A DNA stretch of 64,000 nucleotides from positions 21,638,001 through 21,702,000 of the forward strand of contig NC_042998.1 of assembly GCF_006345805.1 (NCBI RefSeq), in the 5' to 3' direction. The notes beneath the pieces were generated by a model, which saw only the letters and a list, made by a program, of their open reading frames with translations, was not told the DNA's origin and made no database searches. The translations under genes were made by a program, and so were the position numbers. Shown here one piece after another: positions 24,967 through 37,420 of the stretch; position 1 is the first letter of the stretch, and every line of letters starts with the position of its first letter. Source of the stretch: Octopus sinensis (taxonomy: Eukaryota).

Positions 24967-25083
24967 TGTATATATAAAAATTAAAAAATTGTATAATACA
25001 GCAGCATTTTTCGAACTTCATTTTTTACAAATATATATATATATATTATATATATACGGATATATATAATACTATATATATAT

Positions 25084-25121
<38 letters not shown>

Positions 25122-25145
25122 GATATATATATATATATATATATA

Positions 25146-28070
25146 TACGGTACAAGCAATTAAGATCAGTGAGTTCTGTTGAATTCACATGAATATGGTA
25201 CTTAACTTGGATGCACCAGAAATCTATATGGTATTAACCATACGACAAAGTGGGGTGATTATAAATAGGAAAAAAGCAACAAGAATGGATCAATATTTCG
25301 GTACAATTGTTTCGTACGAAGACATCTTTAATAAGGCTACAAAAATTGCAGTAAATATAAGTGACCCGTACTCATCAGCCGAAAAAACATCTGAGATCTC
25401 CAAACATCAAAGGGGGTGATGTTACACTCGTGAAACATCATGGAAAGTTCTATAAAAATGAGATTTAGATAACAAATTGATTTCTAAAAGTGCTGTTAGT
25501 ATTGCACAGTCATATATCAAGTTTAAATTTTTTTTTTCAAAACCTCTTAGTTTTCCAGAAAGTGAAGATGAAAGTGAGGATGTAAATTCATCCATATTGA
25601 AGAAAGTTTGATTCCTGGAGGTATGATGAGAGGTATCGTACTCACAGAATATGTATTTATCCATATATAGTTCATAGTAAAGTGTGATTCAAGCTGTGTG
25701 AAGATATTTTGGATACATTTGTGAGAAATTTCTGAAAACTGCTATGTTAGAATCCGAAAAAGTTGTAGGAGGGTCAGTGAAGCGTAGCGACAGTCTTATA
25801 GTGGAGACGAACTGACTGATATAGAAATCTGCAAGAACCACAGAGCTTAAAGGAGGAATGTTAAATTTGACCACCTACTGTTGTTAATTGCTATATAAAA
25901 AGGAAATGGGAAGGTGAAAAGGGGGGTCAAAGGTTGTTTCTATAGGAAAACATTTTAGCGTATTTAGTGCAATATTCGAACTGAGGTCATTTAATTTATT
26001 TCTTTATTTATTAATGTTACTATTAATACATTGCCAGGTTATGGGAATAAGAGGTCAGAAGAAAGGAAATAGATTTATTTTTCATAATGAAAAACCGTTA
26101 TATTATAGGTCTAGGATTAGCAAAATTTATTAGTAGTATATAAAAGAACTAAGAAGTCTAATTAACCAATTTTCTATAAGTAGGTTTACTTAAAATAGAC
26201 TAAAAATTAGAAAGAAATAATTTGAATTATCTACATAGTCTAATAGAATGAAGTTTCTAATCAACTAATTTATATCTATAAGTATCACCTAGTACAGTTA
26301 GAGAGAGAATAAACCATAGCTAATGAGATCGTAGCTGTCTAATTAAATATAATACAAATATGTAAGAGTAATGCTTTATTCAAAGTGATTTTATTTATTA
26401 CTGTTGTCATTTAAATATTTAAGAGTCTTACTCCTAGCGTGGGGATACAGGAAGGACCCAGTTCTATCCGGTTATTCAATAAAATATCATTTTTCCTATT
26501 CATTAGTATTTCAAATGTTTCCATGGAGCAAAGTTGACAACCAACTTGCTATTTTTATAAGGTATCGCTCTTCTAACTAATTCCCAATTAAGGGTTATAC
26601 TTAATATTATTGTTTTTTAGTTCCCAGATTTTACTTGAAGGTGGTACTATCAGCTTTATGACGTAATTGAAAGAAGATAGATGTTTACTAAGGCGTTTTT
26701 TAAATTTATAGTACATCCTAAATAGGTATATTTGTTATTATCTGTGGGTTATGGTGCATTTGTAGATTACGTTATTTAACCCGCATAGACCAGGCGCGGG
26801 CATTTTGATCTAATTCTACAGTTAATCTAGGGGGATATTAATTCGATGTGGAATTAATCGGATAGAAGTCTCATATACTGTTACTCAAAAACATTACGAG
26901 TATATTCGTTATTTGGTTACTGCTGTTATCTAAAATAGTGTTATCGTTATTGTAGTTAATGTTATTATCTAAAGTAGTAGTATATCATTTATCGGTATCC
27001 TACACTATCATTTGATTCTATAACCCTAACATCATTACTAATATGTTGGTGCTGTTACTATGTTGCCGGGATTAGTTTCTAAATGTATAGTGTTATTGTA
27101 GATATCATTGTTGTCTCCATTCACGGTATTTTCACTCTTGGTATTATTCGTATTATTAACATAATTGTTCCTATTTGTGTTATTATTATTACTAGCAATT
27201 CTATAGCTATTGGTTATACTTATGTTATGATATTCATTATTATTATTGTGGCTATTATTAATTTCAGTAATGTTACTACAATTTTCATTAGTATTCTTAT
27301 TGCTATTATTTAAATTTTTCCTTGCTAGTTTAATGTTATTATTATTGATCTTGGCTATTAAAGTGGACATATTTGGGAGGGTTGAATAAGAAATTCTGAC
27401 CGTTTTTTTTAGAAATGATTTTATGATATCTATGAGAGGATGGGAAGTTCTTTTCTAGAATTGTTTTGAATCTACTCTGAATATCTGATAAAACCGCACA
27501 GTTGAAAGGGATGTTTAGCCACATTATGTCCTTCCTATTAAATTTCTTAGAATTAGAATTGGGGTTATTTGAATCGTTCCTACTCTCACCAGAGTCGATG
27601 TATTTATTAATGTTCTTATTTGCATGTTTCTTAGTTTTCTCAAAGTTTATGTTATCCGTATTACCTGTATTCAGTTCAATGTTTCCTATTATTATTCTTA
27701 ATTTCATTAGGAGATTTGTCATCGTAAATTCTACTTCTACTATTATTTCTGGCGTGATCTCTATTGTTGTTTACGTGCAATTGTTACTTTTTTATTAGGG
27801 ATATGTAAGTTCTCTTTGTCAATGTTACTAATTGTATGCTTCTCCTAGTTTTATCTAAAATTATCTTATCAGAGTTATGTATGTTTTGGTTCTATGTACT
27901 TATCCTTGTTCTAATTACCATTTAGATAAGATGTCACATTAAATCTACTCCTACGTCTATTATCGGGCGCGATCCCTACTGTTGTTTACGTGGTTATTGC
28001 TACTTAAATTATTATGAATTGTAAGTACTCTTTATCAATAAAGGTAATTTTTTGGGTGTATCCTGCTCTA
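25146..28070 (-). mobile_element. Hydra-like PLE, 5'-truncated, with Asn-rich linker
   Basis: Manual translation across frameshifts: RAGYTQKITF, RKDIMWLNIPFN, KNFPSSHRYHKI, (C)NCRIRSKCP..GLC, NVIY, YLG, KIWELK, RAIPY, CQLCSMETFEI, LLNNR; hammerhead near the 3' end; ends at (TA)n. Clade assignment is from remembered motifs. Confidence 0.75.
25296..25384 (-). ncRNA. Type I hammerhead ribozyme with canonical core and extended stem II
   Basis: TTTCGG-CTGATGA-GTACG-(48 nt)-CGTAC-GAAA-CAATTG-TA-CCGAAA; 6-bp stem I, 5-bp stem II, palindromic stem III. Confidence 0.88.
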
Positions 28071-28540
28071 GATACGTTCACGCAGTGGGAACTGAACACG
28101 AAACCATGTGGTTGGTAAGCAAGCTACTTACAACACACTCCTACGATACCTCCGGTAAGAATATTTATCTTAATACTATTGTTTAATGGATAAAAAGAAA
28201 GAACAGTTCAAAGTGATCGTTTAAAGTACCGCAGCAACTCAGAGTTTCTGATATTGACATTTTTGCTGCTAATGAACCAAAAATAAAATTTTAACACCCA
28301 GTATCATTGCTTTGAAGGAATGATGTTGTGGAGAAAAACATTGGAGGAAAAAGTTACAGAGGTTTAAAAAAATCGAAAAAAACTGTATATTTTAGCCAAT
28401 AACGAGACAGAAATTTTCTGCGCTTAGCGGAGCAATGTCAAATATAAGATTGTAGCATCTGACTGTTCTTGTAGGGTTCTAAATAAACAGAAATACCTAA
28501 TAAAATCAACAATGTATTATTACTGTTTCGTTTAACTTTT

Positions 28541-28640
28541 NNNNNNNNNNNNNNNNNNNNNNNNNNNNNNNNNNNNNNNNNNNNNNNNNNNNNNNNNNNN
28601 NNNNNNNNNNNNNNNNNNNNNNNNNNNNNNNNNNNNNNNN
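28541..28640. other. Assembly gap (100 N)
   Basis: Direct reading. Confidence 1.
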
Positions 28641-28820
28641 GCTCCGAGCCAAACAGCAAGTATTATGGGAGCCAACGCAAAGGCATCGAGAGAAAAGGTA
28701 TCCCACACCAAAATACGTGGATGAAATGCAGAAAAATATGGAAGCGGTGTTGAGCTAGCAAGATATAAAGAGGAACCACTGGACGAGTTGTTTGAGTACG
28801 ACCTAAATAATAATAATAAT
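28641..28820 (+). mobile_element. RTE-type LINE 3' end
   Basis: VLWEPTQRHREKRYPTPKYVD...HW, then (TAA)n. Confidence 0.55.
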
Positions 28821-28849
28821 TTTTAATTTGGTTAGTAATATTAACTCCG

Positions 28850-29077
28850 TAAGGTGTACAGGACCGGTTTCTCAGTTTCTCTAGCGTATATATTCCTCCC
28901 CGAATGGGGCCACAGTCCATCACAAGATTATTAATTTTTGTTAGTTACGTGTACTGGAGCAACATAAAATAAAGTGTTTTGATCAAGAACACAACGCATC
29001 GCCTGGTCCCGGAATCGAAACCACAGAGTCTTGCATCTATGAGTCCAACACCCTAACCACCAAGCCATGCGCCTCCT
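28850..29077 (-). mobile_element. Diverged tRNA-derived SINE
   Basis: Head GGAGGCGCATGGCTTGGTGGTTAGGG...GGTTTCGATTCCGGG; body differs from family C. Confidence 0.6.
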
Positions 29078-29477
29078 AGTTTAGACACTAACAATTATAA
29101 ACAGAGAAGGCGAATCGATGACATCGACCCCAGTCCTTGAATAGTACTTCCTTATAATGACTCTGGAAGAGCATCCGTAGAAGTGAGCTGAAAGGTGGAA
29201 GGCCTGTTTGAGTACAGAGAGAGAGAACAGTGCCACAGTTTTATTAAAGATCCACCGTAAATACTTTTCTTAATACATTGGTACGATGACAAGTTGCACC
29301 ACTGCTTTGACAGCTGTTATTTTAATGGTGGTTATGCTAATCCCTCTCAAATTATTCAAGAAGCCAACGAGTTGGAGCTGGTAGTTTAATAACAGACGAT
29401 TTTCGACCATGAAACGACAGGATATTTACATATTTTTTGCGGGCAGGACTCTCAATAATCAAGATGTTCGGCATATC

Positions 29478-29528
<51 letters not shown>

Positions 29529-29754
29529 TTATATGCAAGAATAAAATTGTACTCAATACAGTATGTAGAGTATAAGCATTTATTGTAGGGCTAGGCTTAC
29601 TCGTTGTCACTAGTTTGAGTTTCGTGAATATCTTTAATGTGTGTGCTTGTAAGTATGTGTGTTTCTTTAAGATTTACGTAAGAATACCTGCACAGCAGTT
29701 CTCCAACTGTAAAGATGTTGCTCTCACTTTTGAGTATGCATGTAATATATTCAG

Positions 29755-30260
29755 AAGGGGCTATACACAGAGGGGACAAACAAGGACAGGCAAACGGATT
29801 AAGTCGATTATATTGACCCCAGTGCATAACTGGTACTTATTTAATCGACCCCGAAGGGATGAAAGGCAAAGTCGACCTCGGCGGGATTTGAACTCAGAAC
29901 GTAACGGCAGGCGAAATACCTATTTCTTTACTACCCACAACGGGGACAAACAAGGACAGGCAAACGGATTAAGTCGATTATATTGACCCCAGTGCGTAAC
30001 TGGTACTTAATTTATCGACCCTGAAAGGATGAAAGGCAAAGTCGACCTCGGCGGAATTTGAACTCAGAACGTACCGACAGACGAAATACCTATTTCTTTA
30101 CTACCCTCAACGGGCTAAACACAGAGAGGACAAACAAGGACAGACAAACGGATTTAGTCGATTATTTAGTCGGCGGAATTTGAACTCAGAACGTAACGGC
30201 AGACGAAATACCGCTGAGCATTTCGCCTGGCATGCTAACGTTTCTGCCAGCTCGCCGCTG
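29755..30260 (-). mobile_element. SINE family A multimer
   Basis: Tandem body units with junctions at 29920 and 30090. Confidence 0.85.
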
Positions 30261-30261
30261 T

Positions 30262-31420
30262 TCAACAGGTGTAGTTTGAGTGATACAATACGACATTCAA
30301 AGGCTGTTCGAACTGATCTTATGCCTCTACCACCAAGATTTGATATGGAAGTTGCCAGTGGTGATCAGTATCTTTCTAGTTCTGATGTCCAGGTTGCGTA
30401 TCTCATCGAGTGTCCAGTTCAATATCCCAAATTCTGGTACTAGCACTGGCATTGCAAAAGTATTGTGAAATATGGTCTTGTTAAATGCAGACAACTCTGA
30501 GTTCCATATTTTCTGGAATCTACAGAAGTACTCTTTTGTTATTTTGGCTTTGCTCACAGCACCAACGTATGCAACATTTTCATCGATCCGAAATACTTAT
30601 AGTTTTCACTATCAGAGGTAAGGAAAACAGACAAGACATCGCTGGGATCTTTGACCGGCAGGGGATAAAGGTATGTTTTTTCTCATAAATAACAGCGACA
30701 CACTGATATGACACCGCAAGAAATTGTATTCACCTCAATAGATGTCATTGATTGGTTGAAATTGCCGAAATGCAAGAAATTTAACAACAAATAGCGTACA
30801 AACTACAGAATTTTCTCAAGAAAGCCAAGAGAAAAAGATGTTTTATGTAACACATTCTACCAGTATACGAAGTTTAAAAGTGTTTAGTTACAAAGAAATT
30901 ATTTTAAAAATCTGCCGGTCAAAGTGAAAAGATCCCATCGCTGTTCATACCCCCTGTTCGGTTGGCAATCTTTCCTCCGTTATGAGAGTTTCACTGGCGG
31001 TGTTATGTATTTTGGGAGAGACGTTAATACTTTACTCACTTCGTAGTTCGTTTAACCATGCTGTATTACGATTGTGCTCTTTGTTTACATCCCATATTCC
31101 CTGCCTAGGTGACTCTAGTTCCTCCCGGAGAGGGGCACTTACTACTTGTTGATATGGGCTTCCATACTGCGATGTACGGCGTGCGACTTTCGGGCAAACT
31201 TGTAGTTTATCATTTTTTATCCATATATTTTTTACTGTAGCGAAGTTTTACACTTACCACTTATATATCGTGTTTGAGGGCGGTAAGTTTGCTTGCGTGA
31301 GTTTACCAGTGCCAGTTCCCATACCATTTGGAGAATCTACCATATAATCACAGCTGGTGATTCAAAAATTCATTCTTAGCTTTGCATCCGATAATAGTGT
31401 CCAACCGCCCTCAATATATA
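30262..31420 (-). mobile_element. Decayed R4/Dong-type fragments (interrupted)
   Basis: 30262-30600: NKTIFHNTFAMPVL..FGILNWTLDEIRNLDIRTRK and GGRGIRS; about 31050-31130: GIWD..EHNRNTAWLNELR. Confidence 0.55.
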
Positions 31421-32310
31421 TATATATATATACTTAGTCCGTTGCTGTACTGTGGTATAATAAAGTAGGACATTTATTGCTTAAAAGCTGAGAATAAAGA
31501 TTTGAGCAAGATGTTCTCTCGCAATTTCGGAATCGTCCTTTCATGCAGTGCCTTGTCTATTAATAATAAAGATCTGCTTGAACTTCGATGCAAGCTGTGA
31601 TTTTAATATTTTATATTCCTCACTTGTTTTTGTGAGATCGTAAGCAGCTACAACATATCCATGTAATGGCGGCGATTTTGTTGTTGCGTTCATCTTGGTC
31701 GTGTTCCTTGCCATTGAAAGCCTTCACACGGAAGTTTACTGTGTTGTTAATACAAATATTATCATTTGTACATTTTAGCTGAGTGATTTTGTTCGGTAAG
31801 GTGTTGGCGTAATTGTTTCTCTGAAAAATTTTAGTAAAGGCGGTGCTCCAACATGGCCTCAGTCAATTGACTGAAAAGAGTAAAGGAGTATGTTGGGTAC
31901 TTCTTATCCCAAAATTCTTTCAGTTTTTTTCATGTAGTCAATCGAGGGATCTTCCCTAACCTTTCCCTAGAACAGGTATAGATCTTGGTTTAGTTCGAAA
32001 GTCCACTGGAATTTCTCACGATAGTTCCACGATATGCGACAGATGGTTCTAGGTTCTTTCCTCGCCATGATATATATATATGTTATGATTTTCTACGTGA
32101 TGGATCGTATTAACTTAATTTCGCTGTTCGATAACTGTTACGAACTTTTTTTCCCCAAAAGAAAAAAAAAGTTGTTTCTCTGCATTTATTCAAAGATGAT
32201 AATCAGTTTTTATACCAGGCTTGTATTAATGGAAAAAATTACAGGAGATAGCTTTCATTATCCGGGAGAATGAATAGCCCCATATGCCAATGAGCCTGTA
32301 TTCAACATAC

Positions 32311-32698
32311 GTACGTACGTACGTACGTACGTACGTACGTATGTATGTATGTATGTACGTACGTACGTACGTACGTATGTATGTATGTATGTATGGATAG
32401 ATAGATAGACAGATAGACGTATAGATAGACAGATATAGATAGATAGACAGTTAGACAGTTATAGATAGATAGATAGACAGTTATAGATAGATAGATAGAC
32501 AGTTATAGATAGATAGATAGACAGTTATAGATAGATAGATAGACAGTTATAGATAGATAGATAGACAGTTATAGATAGATAGACAGTTATAGATAGATAG
32601 ATAGACAGTTATAGATAGATAGATAGACAGTTATAGATAGATAGATAGACAGATATAGATAGATAGATAGATAGATAGACAGTTATAGATAGATAGAC

Positions 32699-32741
<43 letters not shown>

Positions 32742-32766
32742 TAGATAGACAGACAGTTAGACAGTT

Positions 32767-32842
<76 letters not shown>

Positions 32843-32895
32843 TTAGACAGACAGACAGTTATAGATAGACAGTTATAGACAGACAGACAGACAGA
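32311..32895. repeat. (ACGT)n, then (GATA)n with a 22-bp AGATAGATAGATAGACAGTTAT higher-order unit
   Basis: Direct reading. Confidence 0.95.
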
Positions 32896-33576
32896 TAGTG
32901 TGAGAGAGATGTCTTAAGCACATCGCATCTCAATATGGACAAGCGAGCGTGTGAAAGTGTATATGTTTCTTTGTGTGTGCGAGAGAGAGAGAGAGATAGA
33001 GAAAGAGTAAGTGAGAGAGAGAGAGAGAGAGAAACTAAAATTTCTTGGCCACTTTAAGCTCTAATGACAAGACTTCTTTCGACTTGTCGTCAGTCCGCGC
33101 TAAACTATACACGACGTGTGTGTATGTATGTATGTGTCTGAACTTGTGTGTGCGACTGTAAATATGCTTTCCTCTCTATCAATCTCTCTTTCTTCCCCCT
33201 CTCACTCTCTCTCTCGTTTGCTCTAATCAGAAACATTTCGTTACAAAAAGCTCGTTACAACAATTTGACACTCACAGAAAGTAATCAAAATATTGTGAAA
33301 ATGACAATTGATACGAAAGGGTCGTGTATATCTTGTAATCCATTTTTTTTTTGCTTCATGGTTTGTGTGTGTGTGTGTATATATGTATCTGGTATCTTGT
33401 GTAATATATATATGTATGCACGAGCATGTATGTATGTATTTTAAATGTGCACTTACTTTTGGCTACACAGATGCGTACGCGAGTATATTTTATATACATA
33501 CATACATACATACATATATATATATACATACGTATGCGTGCGTATGTGTAACCCAAGCTTTATGTGTGTGTGTGTG

Positions 33577-33615
<39 letters not shown>

Positions 33616-34070
33616 CATACACACACTCACACACACATTTATGCACACACACCCAATATGTCTATCCGTATGCGTGTGCGTGTGTGGAAAGAAAGAGAGA
33701 GAGAGAGGGGGGAGATGAGTGATACATATACACATACATACACACACGTACATACATACATACGTACATGCATACATACATACATACACAATGTATTGAA
33801 ACTGCGTGGAGGAGTATCGATATCTCCCGCGAGTTTCTTCCATGCTTCTTATATTTTTATAAGCACACATAAGATAATACGATCCTGTATGTGTGTGAAT
33901 ATATATATATATATATAAAATGTATAATTTGCATGAAGGATGAATTTGTCTGTTTAGAACGTGGGATCATAGGTCTTGTTCGGGCAGAGCTAACCTGGAG
34001 CTAAAACATCATCGCATTGCCAACATCTCCACGCATGTTCGCTGTTGTAGTAGTGGTAGTGGTAGTAGTG

Positions 34071-34104
<34 letters not shown>

Positions 34105-34879
34105 TAGTAGTAGCAGCAGCAGCAGTTGTAGTGATGGTGGTGGTGTGCTCATATGGAAGAATCGTGTATCGATATGTACACATCTAATGAGACTTAGCTG
34201 TACGAACACACACACACACACACACACAGACAATCGCAAACACTCATACACACTCGCGCACACGTACACACTCAAACACACGCACGCGCACACACACTCA
34301 AACACACAATCGCAAACACTCATACACACTCGCACACACATACTCGTACACACTCAAACACACGCACGCATACATACACACTCGCACACACATACTCGTA
34401 CACACTCAAACACACGCACGCATACATACACACTCGCACACACGCACGCGCGCATACACTCACACACACACACACAAGTATACATATACTCACTTTTGGA
34501 ATTCCCTTTCATACGATGCCATTAAGCGCGCAGACACACTTCGTTTATGATACAAATACATTCATACAGTCACACATACACATCCATACATACATACATT
34601 CTTACATACGTACATACATACACACCTACCTACCTATCTATCTATCTAGATGTGTACGCGTATGTGTCAATATATATATATATATATACACATATATATG
34701 CTTGTTTATTTGTATTTATGTACATAAATTTATAAGTAACTATGCATATATGAATGCATGTGTAAATATATATATATCTTTTAGTCGTTTGTCATTGGAG
34801 TGCGGCCATGCTGGGGTACTATTTCGAAGAATTTGTATGCATGTATGTACGTATATACATACATATAAATGCACACATG

Positions 34880-34915
<36 letters not shown>

Positions 34916-35085
34916 ATATATATATATACACATATACATACACACACACATAAATACACGCACATATATATACACACACACACACACATATATATACACA
35001 CACATATATATATACACACACATAAATACATGCACACATATACACACAAACACACACATACATACATTCACAAACACATACACAA

Positions 35086-35117
<32 letters not shown>

Positions 35118-35328
35118 GTATCCCTAGCGCCTGTGTTCAAGAGTACATATGCGTGCGTGGCTCGATGTGTATATGTGCCTATGTTTGTGTGTGTGTGTGT
35201 GTGTGTGAAGACAGACAGAAAGATAGGTATATAAATAGATAGACAGATGTGATAGTGTGTAAGTAATGATGTGTGTATGCCTATGTATTTAGTGAGTATG
35301 CTTGTACGCATACACAGCGTGCTTAATC

Positions 35329-35374
<46 letters not shown>

Positions 35375-36589
35375 TATATATATATACGTGATATAATAAT
35401 AACACCATCAGTGAATTTGTGGCCTTCATACCAATACTGTTAATATATAAAAATGCAAGCTTGAACTATTCTGGTTCCTTTGTATTCCCCACCATTCTGA
35501 CACACGCGTGCATACACACACACACAACACAGCACACACACAAACACACATACATACACACAACACAACACACTCAAAGACGCACACAATTTTTGTCATA
35601 CACACTAGCTAACGAGTGATCCCTTATGCTCTCATTCGCCCTGCTAGAAAAAGCAGCCAAAACTCCCGTCGAATCAAACCCTACTACTGTATTATAAATG
35701 GAAAGAAGAATACGTTTAGACATTGTAGTCGCAGATAAACAAAACAAAAAGAAAAAAAGGCAATGGTACGGTCACTGCTGGGTTGTCTCTGATCATGAAT
35801 CTGTTCGGCCAAGACTTTTACCTGGATCTGAATAATAACAACAACATTAGCATGTGCACCCACGCAGATTGCAACAAAACTGTTTATGTTGTGGCCTATT
35901 GTTGTTGAGACCCAGATCAATGACCGAACAGGCTTATTTATTTATGATCAAGGTGTCTCCAAACTACTCTTTTGAAAAGCTATCTAGGTTTACCTTCCGC
36001 AATGTGTCGTTCGGTTTCATTTTTCTAAGACAGTGGGCAAATTTAAGTAACTATTTCTAGCAGTTCAGAATTCTCTCTATTTTTGTACTATTTTTAAGTA
36101 TCTTATGCGAAAGGGGAAATATAAAACGAACTGGGAATGTCTTGTGTGCCCTTCGTCAGACAAGAATCAATATTGTGGAAGATTTATTGATGTCGATAGT
36201 TTTCAAGTAAGTAAGTAATCAAATAACTGGGGCCTTCTCGTGTGTTTGCCTTGGAAGGGAGATTTTACAAAGGGTCTTTGAGTGTAATAACAGATTTAAA
36301 CGTTGAGTTTAGGTGGGTTTCCTGTTTTGTATTTGAATTGACAAACGGAGGAAATCTTGGAAAAACAAACGAATTATGCGTGTGTGAACACGTATGTGTG
36401 TGTGTGTGTGTGTGTGCACGCGTGCATACGGTGTGTGTGTGTGCATGCGTACGTTGTGTGCGTACGTTGTGTGTGTGTGTGTGTGTGTGTGTGCGAAGGA
36501 GATCCTGAGCCCTAAATAGATACATCTGGTTATGAAATTTCGGTCCTTTAACACGAATAGTGCATAATATTTAAAATATACATGCGCGT

Positions 36590-37420
36590 ATGTGTGCGTG
36601 TGTGTTAGCGCGAGTACGCATGTGTATTGTATATGTGTGTGTATGTAACTACATATGTGTGCGTGTACGTAACTATGAGTGCATGTATGTAATTATGTAT
36701 GTGTGTACGTAACTACGTGCGTGTATGTAACTGTGTGCGTGTGTGTGTATATAACTACGTGTGCGTGTGTATATAACTACGTGTGCGTGTGTATATAACT
36801 ACGTGTGCGTGTGTATATATCTGTGTGCGTGTGTATATAACTATGTGTGCGTGTGTATATAACTATGTGTGCGTGTGTATATAACTGTGTGTGCGTGTGT
36901 ATATAACTGTGTGTGCGTGTGTATATAACTGTGTGTGCGTGTGTATATAACTGTGTGTGCGTGTGTATATAACTGTGTGTGTGTGTATATAACTGTGTGT
37001 GTGTATATATATAACTGTGTGTGTGTGTATATAACTGTCTCCGTGTCTATATAACTGTGTGTGCGTGTGTATATAACTGTGTGCGTGCGTATATAACTAT
37101 GTGTGCGTGTGTATATAGCTACGTGTGCGTGTGTATATAACTGTGCGTGTGTATATAACTACGTGTGCGTGTGTATATAACTATGTGTGCGTGTGTATAT
37201 AACTGTGTGTGTGTGTATATAACTGTGTGCGTGTGTATATAACTGTGCGTGTGTATATAACTGTGTGCGTGTAATATAACTATATGTGCGTGTGTATATA
37301 ACTATGTGTGCATGTAATATAACTATGCGTGCGTGTGTATATAACTGTTCGTGTGTATATAACTGTGTGCGTGTGTATGTATGTAACTATATGTGTGTGC
37401 GTGTGTGTACGTAACTATAT
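36590..37420. repeat. About 20-bp minisatellite (ATAACTGTGTGCGTGTGTAT)
   Basis: Direct reading, more than 30 units. Confidence 0.95.

Larger units (their letters stand above)
24117..25030 (+). mobile_element. Solo PLE pLTR-like element in (TA)n
   Basis: (TA)n on both sides; promoter array, degenerate hammerhead at 24926-24966 and an AGCATTTT...CATTTTTTACAA tail resembling the 19480-19500 PLE tail. Confidence 0.55.

Noticed and set aside
29755-30260. Repeat arrays as CRISPR-like
   Set aside because: No unique spacers or cas genes; they are SINE concatemers in eukaryotic DNA.
33070-33107. Minus-strand CTGACGA...GAAA
   Set aside because: Stems I and II do not form in hammerhead register.
36125-36165. 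Minus-strand CTGACGA-A-GGG...CCC
   Set aside because: No GAAA after stem II and no stem I.
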